Shown here: piece after piece, positions 19,291 through 29,651 of the stretch | Layout: each line of letters starts with the position of its first letter | Numbering within the stretch: the stretch's first letter is position 1 | Assembly: GCA_023380475.1 (NCBI GenBank) | Contig: JAMCRD010000003.1 | Location: 28,397-92,396, forward strand | DNA: 64,000 nt | Direction: 5' to 3' | From: Patescibacteria group bacterium | Lineage (GTDB): Bacteria > Patescibacteriota > Minisyncoccia > UBA6257 > Colwellbacteraceae | Notes under the pieces: generated by a model | The model's database searches: none | What the model saw: the letters and a program-made list of their open reading frames with translations, nothing else | Told to the model about the DNA's origin: nothing | Position numbers and translations under genes: made by a program

Positions 19291-19998
19291 ATGATTAAGT
19301 TACTTGTCGCTAACTGGAAAGCCAACCCCGAGACGTTAACCGAAGCAGTTAGGCTAGCTAAAAATATAGACTACACTGGTGTAGTCATTGCACCTCCCTT
19401 CCCATTTCTAGATGGTGTTAGAAAAGTTATACACAAAGCAAAATTGGCTGCTCAGAATGTGTTTTGGTCTGATGGGCCATACACTGGAGAAGTTTCAGCA
19501 AACCAACTTAAGAAGTTGGGCGTAAGATACGCAATAATCGGCCACTCTGAACGCAGAAGAAATCTGAATGAGATCGATGCGATCATAAATAAGAAAGTTA
19601 CAGCCGCCTTAAACAATAGTATCAAGCCGATATTATGTGTAGGCGAAGGGCCGGAACTCCATAAAAGCGGGGATCACTCGAAAGTCCTAAGGTTTATAGA
19701 CAATCAACTTAAACTTGACTTGCATGGCATACGCAATCCCAGAGGGGTAATAATTGCTTACGAACCAATATGGGCGATTGGTACGGGGAATAGCGACTCG
19801 ACTGAACATGTATCTAAAGTAGTAGCGCTTATTAAAGAAAGATTGGGCAGCGTATCTATTTTATACGGTGGGTCTGTGAATCCAAATAACGCTGACAAAT
19901 TTATGTCTATTGCCGGCATATCAGGCGCGCTGATAGGCGGGGCAAGTTTAAAGTCGAGTGAATTCAAGAAGATTATTTCGATAAGCAAACGCTATTAA
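19291..19998 (+). CDS. tpiA: triosephosphate isomerase
   Basis: LVANWKAN, IGHSERR and AYEPIWAIGTG motifs are present. The ATG is at 19291; the track start at 19273 is GTG. Confidence 0.88.
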   Translation: MIKLLVANWKANPETLTEAVRLAKNIDYTGVVIAPPFPFLDGVRKVIHKAKLAAQNVFWSDGPYTGEVSANQLKKLGVRYAIIGHSERRRNLNEIDAIINKKVTAALNNSIKPILCVGEGPELHKSGDHSKVLRFIDNQLKLDLHGIRNPRGVIIAYEPIWAIGTGNSDSTEHVSKVVALIKERLGSVSILYGGSVNPNNADKFMSIAGISGALIGGASLKSSEFKKIISISKRY

Positions 19999-20023
19999 AC
20001 AACAATTGTTGTATAATTAAGCT

Positions 20024-20767
20024 ATGCAAAACAATTTATACCAAGGCGCAAAATTAGTTCTAGTCATAGTAATAATAATCGCAGCCTGTGCGGCAGTGTA
20101 TGGATTGGTAAGTTGGGGAAATTCACTGACTCCAGCTAAAACCATGACCGTCACGGCGGACGCTCAAACCAATGTCTCACCAGATCTAGCAACAGTGTCT
20201 TTCTCTGAAGTGACGATAGGCAGTGACCCTACCAAAATTGAGGCTGCGAATGCAACTCAAATCAACAGCGCTATAAATTTTGTAAAACAGGAGGGTATAA
20301 GCTCTGAAGATATCGCTACCACTAACTATAACTTGTCGCCGAATTATGACTACACTCGCAAAGACGGTAAGGTATCAATAATAAGTTACACGATAACTGA
20401 GACAGAAACGCTTAAAATCAAAGACTTCACTAAGATCGCACCGATATTAGCAGGACTGGTAAACCTCGGCGTAAACCAAATAGGTCAGGTTACATTCAGC
20501 GTCGAAGATCCAGATAGCCAACTAGCCAGCGCGAGAAAAGAAGCCTTCGCCAAAGCTCAGTTAAAGGCTCAACAGATGGCGGTGGATAATGGCGTCAAAT
20601 TAGGGGGGATAATAAGTGTATCAGAGAATACTAATAACATAGGCCCATTACCAATCTATAATACTATGTCGGCCGCCGGCGTCAGTGGTAGAGCCGTTAC
20701 TCCGACCATAGAACCAGGAACCCAGCAACTAACGGACTACGTAAGCATTACTTATGCCATACAATAA
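20024..20767 (+). CDS. SIMPL (DUF541) domain periplasmic protein
   Basis: N-terminal TM, then TNYNLSPNYDY...VTFSVEDPDSQLASARKEAFAKAQLKAQQMA...GVKLGGIISVSE, matching the SIMPL/BP26 family pattern. Confidence 0.75.
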   Translation: MQNNLYQGAKLVLVIVIIIAACAAVYGLVSWGNSLTPAKTMTVTADAQTNVSPDLATVSFSEVTIGSDPTKIEAANATQINSAINFVKQEGISSEDIATTNYNLSPNYDYTRKDGKVSIISYTITETETLKIKDFTKIAPILAGLVNLGVNQIGQVTFSVEDPDSQLASARKEAFAKAQLKAQQMAVDNGVKLGGIISVSENTNNIGPLPIYNTMSAAGVSGRAVTPTIEPGTQQLTDYVSITYAIQ

Positions 20768-20780
20768 ACGAGGGATTGAG

Positions 20781-22196
<1,416 letters not shown>

Positions 22197-22302
22197 TGGT
22201 TGCTTATTTCTTAGTTCTGTGTTATATTCTGAATTAGAGTGAGTGGTGAACAGCCCTCGGCGATGATATCGATCGAGGATTGTCCCTTAGCACTGTTTGG
22301 TC

Positions 22303-22328
22303 AAAACCCCTTCTTCGGAGGGGGTTTT
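22303..22328 (+). terminator. rho-independent terminator hairpin
   Basis: aaaaccccttcttcggagggggtttt is a GC stem with a T-tract. It lies inside the 5' extension of the track ORF 22239. Confidence 0.6.
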
Positions 22329-22346
22329 GGTTGTTATAATAGAAGC

Positions 22347-23408
22347 ATGACTTATTTGCTAAGGGTTAATCTCGACATTGAAGACAAAGATCCAACCGGC
22401 TCGCAGCGCTTTAAAACGGCTGTAAGCACGATAAACTACATTCTTAAAGGCGGGCATAAAGTAGTAATCCTCAGCCATTTTGACCGCCCCTCGAAGTATG
22501 ATCGCAGGCTTAGCTTGTCGCGTTTTCAACCGTTTCTGCAGAAGAAGTTGGGTAAGACGGTGGTTTTCTTTCCGCAGTTTGATTTCCCTAAAATTAGAAG
22601 GAGTATCCTTACTTCCGAAAATCACGTCTTCCTGCTGGATAATCTCCGATTTCTGCTTGGCGAAACTAAAAATGATCCCGCGACCGCATCACAATTGGCC
22701 TCCTTGGGAGACAGGTACATAAACGACGATTTTGCTACTGCTCACCGCGAAGCAGCCTCGACCGTAGCTATAACAAAACTAATGCCCAGTTCTCCCGGAC
22801 CGACGCTTTTAAGTGAAGTAGCCCATCTTACTAAAGTGACAGTTCATCCCCGAAAGCCAGTTACATTAATAATCGGCGGCGAGAAAATGAAAGACAAAAT
22901 AGGCGTGGTACACCACATGCTAAATAAGATAGATCATGTTCTTATTGGCGGAGGACCCGCTAACACATTTCTGTTGGCTGAAGGCAAGAACATTAAGAAG
23001 TCAATCTGCGAACCGGATATGCTAGCGGAAGTTAAAAAACTTATGAAAAATAAGAAAATCGTAACACCAATGGATTCGCGATGGGGTAGCGACAAAATCT
23101 TGGATATCGGTCCGAAAACAGCAAAAGAGTTCTCAAGTATTATCAGAAAATCAGCTACCGTAATCTGGGGCGGGCCCATGGGTTACTTTGAAAATCCGCA
23201 TTTCGCCAAGGGTTCGTACGATATAGCTAGAGCCTTAGCTGCTTCACATTCATTTTCAGTTGTTGGAGGCGAAGAAACAGGGATGGTAATAAATCACCTT
23301 AAACTCAACAACAAGATAAGTTTTCTGTCGACTGGCGGCGGCGCCATGTTGGATCTCTTAGCCGGCGAAAGAATGCCTGGTCTGAATGCGTTAAAGATTA
23401 GGTATTAG
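22347..23408 (+). CDS. pgk: phosphoglycerate kinase
   Basis: LRVNLDIED...VILSHFDRPSK...NDDFATAHREAAS. The ATG at 22347 follows the terminator and a tataat box; the track start at 22239 is too early. Confidence 0.85.
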   Translation: MTYLLRVNLDIEDKDPTGSQRFKTAVSTINYILKGGHKVVILSHFDRPSKYDRRLSLSRFQPFLQKKLGKTVVFFPQFDFPKIRRSILTSENHVFLLDNLRFLLGETKNDPATASQLASLGDRYINDDFATAHREAASTVAITKLMPSSPGPTLLSEVAHLTKVTVHPRKPVTLIIGGEKMKDKIGVVHHMLNKIDHVLIGGGPANTFLLAEGKNIKKSICEPDMLAEVKKLMKNKKIVTPMDSRWGSDKILDIGPKTAKEFSSIIRKSATVIWGGPMGYFENPHFAKGSYDIARALAASHSFSVVGGEETGMVINHLKLNNKISFLSTGGGAMLDLLAGERMPGLNALKIRY

Positions 23409-23410
23409 CT

Positions 23411-24220
23411 ATGTCCTCGGAACCGCAAATAGCAGTTTTGTATCACAAAGACTGTTTAGACGGATTCGGTGGCGCTTGGGCTGCCTACAAGAAGTTTGGC
23501 AACAAGGCCAGATATATAGCCGTGGAGCATGGTTTAGCGCCCCCTCCTGGGTTGGATGGCAAGACAGTATACTTAATTGATTTTGCATACTCGCAATTGA
23601 AGACCGACTCAATAGCAAAGAAAGCTAAGAAGTTAATAATATTAGATCATCATATCAGCGCTAAGGATGTCGTAAAAAGTTACGACGGCAGCATATTTTC
23701 TAATAACCGTTCCGGATCGGTTCTCGCTTGGTCTTATTTCCATCGCGGAACCAAAATCCCAAAGCTGCTTTTATACATTCAAGCTATCGACTTATGGCGC
23801 TTTAACTTACCATGCACCAAAGAAATAACCGCTTTCCTGCGTAACATCGACTATACTTTTAAAGTATGGGACCGGTTGGCCGTCAGTTTCGAGAGTAAGA
23901 AAAAGTTCGTGGTGTACGTGCAACGGGGAGAGTTGTTATTGAGTTACGATAATTTGATGATAGGTAACCTTATCGCTGACGGCTATGAAACTAACTTCGA
24001 TGGCCATAGGGCTTTTGTGGTCAACTCCCCCGTTCTTAACTCTGAAATAGGAGCTGCTATAGTCAAGCGCGGATATCCCGTAGCCATGATATGGTGTATT
24101 AAAGGTGGGATTGTCCATGTATCGCTTAGATCATCTGGCAAGGTTGATGTTTCCAAACTTGCGTTAAAGCGAGGCGGAGGCGGACATCGCGCCGCAGCAG
24201 GTTTCGAGGTAATCGTATAA
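23411..24220 (+). CDS. DHH/DHHA1 phosphoesterase (NrnA-like nanoRNase or pAp phosphatase)
   Basis: It has the DHH motif (ILDHHISA), N-terminal DxD metal ligands and the DHHA1 motif GGGHRAAAG. Confidence 0.7.
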   Translation: MSSEPQIAVLYHKDCLDGFGGAWAAYKKFGNKARYIAVEHGLAPPPGLDGKTVYLIDFAYSQLKTDSIAKKAKKLIILDHHISAKDVVKSYDGSIFSNNRSGSVLAWSYFHRGTKIPKLLLYIQAIDLWRFNLPCTKEITAFLRNIDYTFKVWDRLAVSFESKKKFVVYVQRGELLLSYDNLMIGNLIADGYETNFDGHRAFVVNSPVLNSEIGAAIVKRGYPVAMIWCIKGGIVHVSLRSSGKVDVSKLALKRGGGGHRAAAGFEVIV

Positions 24221-24243
24221 ACCGACTGTAAGTATTCATATTC

Positions 24244-24855
24244 ATGGCTACCAAGAATAACTTCTATGCATATCTTATTCCCGGGGGACCCAAAGGGGTA
24301 ACCGACAAATGGCAGACTTGCGAGAGTATCGTGAAAGGCGTCGAAGGCGCACGCTATAAAGGTTTTAAAAATAAAGAAGAGGCTAGCGACTGGCTAGCCA
24401 GTGGAGCTAGTTATGGATCTAAGACTAAAAAGAAACTTACACCTGGGATATATTTTGATGCAGGGACGGGGAGGGGCAAGGGGGTAGAAATAAGTGTGAC
24501 TGATGAAAGGGGAGTTGATCTGTTATATAAGGGAATGCCTAAGAAAAAGTTAAACCGCTTTGGTAAATACCTCATTAAAGACAAGATGGCAACCAATAAC
24601 TACGGGGAGCTGCTTGCATTGAACTATGCAATTAAGATCGCTGGCAAAAGTAGAACAAGAAATATCTTTGGAGACAGTAGCCTAGTAATAAACTTCTGGT
24701 CCAAGTGGATAATGAAACGGGATTATTTACCGGAAGACACCATAAAACTTGCCAAAGAAGTATCGATGTTGCGCTCAAAGTTCGAGAAGGGAGGTGGATC
24801 AATCAAACATATATCAGGAGACGATAATCCAGCGGATTTGGGATTCCACAAGTAG
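24244..24855 (+). CDS. rnhA: ribonuclease HI with an N-terminal hybrid-binding domain
   Basis: The HBD reads FYAYLIPGGPKGVTDKWQTCESIVKGVEGARYKGFKNKEEASDWL. The catalytic DEDD is spread over GIYFDAGTG, YGELLALNYAI, IFGDSSL and GDDNPADLGFH. Confidence 0.8.
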   Translation: MATKNNFYAYLIPGGPKGVTDKWQTCESIVKGVEGARYKGFKNKEEASDWLASGASYGSKTKKKLTPGIYFDAGTGRGKGVEISVTDERGVDLLYKGMPKKKLNRFGKYLIKDKMATNNYGELLALNYAIKIAGKSRTRNIFGDSSLVINFWSKWIMKRDYLPEDTIKLAKEVSMLRSKFEKGGGSIKHISGDDNPADLGFHK

Positions 24856-24873
24856 TATAATCAATAAGTAGAA

Positions 24874-27800
24874 ATGCTAACCATTGATTGTATGTCTAAA
24901 GTCAGATTAAGTAGGGCACTAAAGATATTTCTACTAACAGCATCCATAATAATAGCCGCTGGCGTTTTCCCGTCTGCATCTTTTGCTTCTCAAATAATAA
25001 CCGTAGCTTTCAACTATACCGGTACAGTACAGTCGTGGACTGTACCTACTGGCATAACTTCTATTACGATCTCCGCCTCAGGCGCGGGAGGCGGCAGCGG
25101 TGGAGCTGGAGGAACCGCCACGGGGACTTTAACTGTAACTCCAGGGGCTACCTACTACATTCTAGTCGGCGGTGGCGGAGGTAATGTACCTTGGTGCACT
25201 TCCACAGGTGGAGCTGGTGGGTATGGCGGCGGAGGAGCTGGCGGATCTTCTAACTGTAGCCAAGGTTATAGTGCCGGTGGAGGAGGCGGTGGTATGACAT
25301 GGTTCGCCCCGAATAACACATTTAATACGTCATTGGTCATTCTTGTAGCCGGAGGCGGAGGTGGAGGTGCAGGACGCTCTGGGGGAGCGTCCGGTGGTGG
25401 CTCTGGCGGAGGAACGAGCGGTGGCAATGGGGCTAATTATACTGGATTCGTAAACCCTGATGGAATAGGTGGCACACAAACTGCCGGAGGAGCAACTGGA
25501 GGTTCGGCTGGGCAAGGTGGAGCAGGCGGTTCGCTTGGGAACAACGGCAACGGTGGTGGTGGAGGAGGAGGTGGATATTATGGTGGCGGAGGTGGTGTAC
25601 TAAACAATGGTTGGATTATCAACCCTGGTGGAGGAGGTTCATCTTATTTGTCCCCATCCCTTACTTTAGCGACCACAACGGTTGGAACTGGCGTAACTAG
25701 CGGAAACAATGGATATCTAAACATATACTACACTCTATCCTTGCCGACAGTTTCCTCTTTAACAGTTACAAATGCTACCACCTATACCAGTGCTACCTTA
25801 GGCGCCAACGTGACGTCTGACGGTGGTGCTAGTTTGACATCTGTAGGAATATGCTGGGGGCTTTCTTCATCATCTATGTCTAATTGCAGCGCAGATAGCA
25901 GTGCTACTACAACTGGTGCTTATTCAATGAGTATTACTGGTTTGCCAAGCAATACCACCATTTACTTCGAAGGTTATGCTACGAACGCAGTTGGTACGGG
26001 ATACTCCACTTATGGGACGTTCACCACTAATCATATTTTCCTAAACTCGGGCACTTCGTGGACCGTCCCTTCAAACTGGAATAATGCCAGTAATACCATT
26101 GAAGTAATAGGGGCAGGGGGCAACGGAGGTACATCAGGCTACGCATATGGTGGTGGAGGTGGTGGAGGTGCATACTCTAGAGTTACAAACCTGGCTTTAA
26201 CTCCAGGAAATTTGGTCCAGTACAATGTTGGGCAAAATAGCGGAACCAGAGATACGTGGTTTAACGGTACATCGCTATCTTCAGCATCTGTATCTGCTCA
26301 AGGCGCTTCAGACGGTCAGTATTTTGCTAATGGTGGCGGAAGTGGCGGGCAAGCGTCGAGTGGTATAGGTTCAATAAAATACTCTGGCGGTAGCGGAGCA
26401 GCTGGTGGAGGCGGAGGAACGCAATCTGGTGGCGGGGGTGGAGGTACAGCTGGACCAAACGGCCATGGTAATAGCGGGTCTGTCGGTGGTGGTGGATTAG
26501 GAGGAATTGGTGGGTCGGCAGACGCGGGATACGGCGGCGGAGGTGGTAGCGGTGGTATACCAACTGGTGCCGGTGGGAATGGTGCAGAGTACAACTTCTT
26601 CTTTGGCAGCGGAGGAGGCGGTGGAGGAGCCGGTTCGTTAACTAATACCACAAATTCAGGTAGCGGCAGTGGTGGTCTATATGGTGGCGGAGGAGGCGGT
26701 GGAGGTGTAGATGGTGGTCCTTGGTCAGGACAAAACGGGCTAATAGTAATTACTTACTCGCCGCCTCTTCCAGTTCCTACAGTTACAGCTATATCACCGA
26801 ACAATACTCAAAACAATGCGACCACGACAGTATCTTCGGTAACTGGTACGAACTTCCAATCAGGAGCAACTGTCATGCTAACCATGAGCGGCCAGTCTAA
26901 CATAAACTGTACTGGGTTTACTTTCACTAACTCGACTACATTATCAAATGGCACCTGCCCAACCAACGGTGCAGCAGCTGGCAATTGGAATGTTGTCGTT
27001 ACTAACCCTGACACACAGACAGGAACTTTAGCTAATGGTTTTACTGTGTTCGTTTATACTCCCGCTGCTAACGGTTCGCTTGTCTCCAATATCTTCGATA
27101 CCGGTTACTCGAGTGGCGTAGCTTTCAATTCAATAATGTGGCAAGGATCTCTAGGGGTTGGCTCTTCTACAGTGCAGTTTCAATTTGCGGCATCCAACTG
27201 TCAAAATGGAGCGTCGAACTACCCAAGTTGCACTGGTAGTTCCGGCATCATTTCAGGACCAATCGATTCCACCAACTACTGGGGTTGGAATGACACGCTT
27301 GGCTGGCTGAACTTCTCAACCGCCGCCGTGGGATCAAGCCACCTGACAGGCTGGGCCACAGTCCAGTCGAATGGCGACTACATCGCCCTTGATTGCTCGA
27401 CATTGCCACCCAGCAATAGCAACAACTGCTCCGGCACAGGCAATTTCACCGTGTCCGACAATAGCAATAACTTGGCCGGATGGGGCTGGAACGATACCTA
27501 CGGTTGGATCAGCTTCTGCGGCGATTCTTCAGGTAACTATTCCACCTGGAATGGCACCAATTGGGTTTGCCCCTCTAACCCAACGTATGAAGTGACTGTC
27601 AATCCCTCTACGGGGCAGTTCCACGGATTTGCTTGGAATGACATATTAGGCTGGATTTCATTCAACTGCGCGGACGTAAACGGCGGGACATGCAGCCCAA
27701 GTTATTACGTACAAGTCGACAATGCAAGCTCTGTTTGGAGCTTCACCGGCCCAGACGACACGTCTAACACGTATTACACAGCCGGTCCAAACACTCCGAT

Positions 27801-27921
27801 TCCATTAGTTGGGTCGTACTACGATAATAACCGTTACTACCGCTACGAGATATTTATAAACAAGGCAGCTGGGGCTACTACTCCTGTAGTTAATAGCATT
27901 ACGGTCAATTGGAGCCCATAA
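24874..27921 (+). CDS. large secreted glycine-rich protein (signal peptide, two Gly_rich-like modules, 4x W/C-rich GWNDxLGWxSF repeats)
   Basis: The signal peptide ends ...PSASFA. The modules read QSWTVPTGITSITISASGAGGG and TSWTVPSNWNNASNTIEVIGAGGNGG. The C-terminal repeats are GWNDTLGWLNFS, GWGWNDTYGWISFCGD and FAWNDILGWISFNCAD. Confidence 0.65.
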   Translation: MLTIDCMSKVRLSRALKIFLLTASIIIAAGVFPSASFASQIITVAFNYTGTVQSWTVPTGITSITISASGAGGGSGGAGGTATGTLTVTPGATYYILVGGGGGNVPWCTSTGGAGGYGGGGAGGSSNCSQGYSAGGGGGGMTWFAPNNTFNTSLVILVAGGGGGGAGRSGGASGGGSGGGTSGGNGANYTGFVNPDGIGGTQTAGGATGGSAGQGGAGGSLGNNGNGGGGGGGGYYGGGGGVLNNGWIINPGGGGSSYLSPSLTLATTTVGTGVTSGNNGYLNIYYTLSLPTVSSLTVTNATTYTSATLGANVTSDGGASLTSVGICWGLSSSSMSNCSADSSATTTGAYSMSITGLPSNTTIYFEGYATNAVGTGYSTYGTFTTNHIFLNSGTSWTVPSNWNNASNTIEVIGAGGNGGTSGYAYGGGGGGGAYSRVTNLALTPGNLVQYNVGQNSGTRDTWFNGTSLSSASVSAQGASDGQYFANGGGSGGQASSGIGSIKYSGGSGAAGGGGGTQSGGGGGGTAGPNGHGNSGSVGGGGLGGIGGSADAGYGGGGGSGGIPTGAGGNGAEYNFFFGSGGGGGGAGSLTNTTNSGSGSGGLYGGGGGGGGVDGGPWSGQNGLIVITYSPPLPVPTVTAISPNNTQNNATTTVSSVTGTNFQSGATVMLTMSGQSNINCTGFTFTNSTTLSNGTCPTNGAAAGNWNVVVTNPDTQTGTLANGFTVFVYTPAANGSLVSNIFDTGYSSGVAFNSIMWQGSLGVGSSTVQFQFAASNCQNGASNYPSCTGSSGIISGPIDSTNYWGWNDTLGWLNFSTAAVGSSHLTGWATVQSNGDYIALDCSTLPPSNSNNCSGTGNFTVSDNSNNLAGWGWNDTYGWISFCGDSSGNYSTWNGTNWVCPSNPTYEVTVNPSTGQFHGFAWNDILGWISFNCADVNGGTCSPSYYVQVDNASSVWSFTGPDDTSNTYYTAGPNTPIPLVGSYYDNNRYYRYEIFINKAAGATTPVVNSITVNWSP

Positions 27922-27942
27922 ATAAAGGGAATTTTCTTGTAT

Positions 27943-27970
27943 TGACAGTGCCTGTCAAATATGGTATAAC
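27943..27970 (+). promoter_or_regulatory. sigma70-type promoter (TTGACA-N16-TATAAC) with an overlapping palindrome TTGACAGtgcCTGTCAA
   Basis: cttgtaTTGACAgtgcctgtcaaatatggTATAACt lies 100 nt upstream of the ATG at 28074. Confidence 0.5.
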
Positions 27971-28073
27971 TTACTCAGTCCTTTTAATCATAGGAGAGGG
28001 TAATTCAGCTCAAGGTCGGTATCCTCTCAGTTCAATTAACCGCAACCCCAATTCATAAGGTTGCCGGTCAATT

Positions 28074-28343
28074 ATGAACACTCTCAAGAAATGGTTGTCT
28101 GGTCGCCACACGACAGTGACAATGGCGAAGGTGGGCATCATCGCTTATCTTACGGGAGTATTTACCAAGAATCTCTTGGTTAAATATATTATCGGTTCGA
28201 AAGCGTATGAGGCTGTCTTCGGAAATGGGCACAATCTCGCCATTCTGCTTGTCGCGATAGCGATTACAATCTTCATCGCCCGCAAATGGACGGCCAAGAA
28301 TTCGGACAATCGGAGCATGAGTTTAGCTCCCCACTCTAACTAA
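28074..28343 (+). CDS. small membrane protein (hypothetical)
   Basis: An 89-aa ORF with 2 TM segments downstream of the consensus promoter. No recognisable family. Confidence 0.4.
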   Translation: MNTLKKWLSGRHTTVTMAKVGIIAYLTGVFTKNLLVKYIIGSKAYEAVFGNGHNLAILLVAIAITIFIARKWTAKNSDNRSMSLAPHSN

Positions 28344-28403
28344 CAGGGGAGAATATGAAAGGGGCAGCCTCACGGGTTTGCCTCTTTTCTTTTATTCAAA
28401 AGT

Positions 28404-28412
28404 TGATATAAT
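28404..28412 (+). promoter_or_regulatory. extended -10 promoter (TGaTATAAT) for rnpB
   Basis: ttgatataat lies 7 nt upstream of the first base of the P1 helix. Confidence 0.45.
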
Positions 28413-28417
28413 AATCC

Positions 28418-28826
28418 TCGCCAATCCAGACGGTAGCTCTATCACATCCCACGAGCCCTTATGATAGCTCTTTATATCGGGAATGGATGGAGAGGAAAGT
28501 CCGGACACTCTCTTGCCGCAAGGCGAGATAAAAACTATACGGGCTAACTGCCCGCCGCAGCAATGCGAGAGGTGCGAACAGAAACGTTCCGATCCGAAAG
28601 GACCAGGAGGACCCAATCCCAACGTTGAAGGTCTAGTTCCGTTATAGGGACAAAAAGACGGAAATGAAACGACTAAATCCTTATGGAGTGCAAGGCCGAG
28701 TCCTGAAAGCGTAAAGCCAACAGGAAGTGCCGCTAGATCCTGAGAGCAATCGATGGACCAGACAAATTGCCGTCTCCTCTGGCATAACGTCGGAGCAGAC
28801 AGAATCCGGCTTACGGATTGGCTATT
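28418..28826 (+). ncRNA. rnpB: RNase P RNA (bacterial type A-like)
   Basis: The 5' P4 strand GAGGAAAGTCCGGAC is at 28492-28506 and the 3' ACAGAATCCGGCTTA at 28797-28811. P1 pairs GCCAATCC (28420-27) with GGATTGGC (28815-22). The spurious minus ORF 28392..28850 overlaps it. Confidence 0.8.
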
Positions 28827-28827
28827 C

Positions 28828-28859
28828 AAAATAACCTTGGTTAATACCAAGGTTATTTT
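28828..28859. terminator. bidirectional rho-independent terminator
   Basis: aaaataaccttgg-ttaata-ccaaggttatttt is a 13-bp perfect stem flanked by A- and T-tracts. It sits between rnpB and the convergent minus-strand gene. Confidence 0.75.
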
Positions 28860-28877
28860 GAAATCCGACTATGCCAG

Positions 28878-29636
28878 TTAACAGCTTTCCTCTTTCGACC
28901 TGGCCCCCCAGTAAGCACAGTAATCACAATCCTCGGACGAAGTTGGTAAAGTATCTTTCTCCAACACCTTTCGGGCTTCGGCCAGCATACCTTGAATCCA
29001 CGAGTCATCTCCTTCGTACGGGATCAATTTCACATTGAACTCCAATCTGGCATCGAAAGCCTTAGCGTCTGCTTTGCCATTCACGTAGACGAAATAGGCC
29101 GTAGGGGAGACATCAAAATCGTTCTTGCGGAACAGCCACTGATACACTTCTACTTGCCGCTTGTAGCTATTCTGCCAATCCGCGTCCAAGCTTACCTCGC
29201 CGCTCTTAGCGGTAGCCTTATAGTCCACGACTATCAGCTGGCCTTTAGAATTGACCCAGACATCGTCGATGCCTCCGGTAACTCTGAAATTCGTCTCAGG
29301 ATCAATGTATTCAACCCCGCCTCGTCTTGATTCCCGCCAAAGCTCCAGATATTCGTGCCTGAAAGGTACGGCATCTATCCCGTAACTTTTCATCAACGGG
29401 TGCGGGTTGCCTTTAGCTCGATAGGCATCGAATTCCTTTTTAAGTAGGGCGTCCACAGCCGTGTTAAGTGTGAGAGGGTAACCTGGAGGCTGGGCTATAC
29501 CCAAACGCAGGTCCAGATAGAAACAACGCCGGCACTTTATAAATAATTCGATCTTGCTGCGGCTCAATCTGAAAGGCTCACTCGACTGCGGATCAAACAA
29601 CCCTCTTGTTCTTTTGGCGTTATAGTATTCGGACAT
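28878..29636 (-). CDS. Cas4-like PD-(D/E)xK nuclease with an Fe-S cysteine cluster (standalone)
   Basis: Motif II is GGIDDV, motif III is VVDYKATAK, and the QxxxY motif is RQVEVY. The cysteines are N-terminal KCRRC plus C-terminal CDYCAYWGARSKEESC (C-x2-C-x6-C). Confidence 0.65.
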   Translation of the reverse strand: MSEYYNAKRTRGLFDPQSSEPFRLSRSKIELFIKCRRCFYLDLRLGIAQPPGYPLTLNTAVDALLKKEFDAYRAKGNPHPLMKSYGIDAVPFRHEYLELWRESRRGGVEYIDPETNFRVTGGIDDVWVNSKGQLIVVDYKATAKSGEVSLDADWQNSYKRQVEVYQWLFRKNDFDVSPTAYFVYVNGKADAKAFDARLEFNVKLIPYEGDDSWIQGMLAEARKVLEKDTLPTSSEDCDYCAYWGARSKEESC

Positions 29637-29651
29637 AGGCAGTATGATAAC

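Noticed and set aside
22239-22346. 5' extension of the pgk ORF as drawn in the ORF track.
   Set aside because: It contains a rho-independent terminator hairpin (22303-22328) and a -10 box. The ATG at 22347 aligns with the conserved PGK N-terminus.
26316-26651. Minus-strand 111-aa proline-rich ORF (PPPPPLP...) inside the large Gly-rich gene. Similar minus ORFs at 21515..21730 and 26327..26563.
   Set aside because: They are antisense shadows of GGT/GGA-rich glycine codons (CCN on the opposite strand). They have no independent start context.
24874-27921. Reiterated GGTGGAGGTGGAGG nucleotide repeats, considered as a possible CRISPR or tandem-repeat array.
   Set aside because: They are irregular low-complexity glycine-codon runs inside one continuous ORF. 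There are no fixed-length repeats separated by unique spacers.
28392-28850. Minus-strand 152-aa ORF.
   Set aside because: It overlaps the RNase P RNA gene and a terminator and has no protein-like features.
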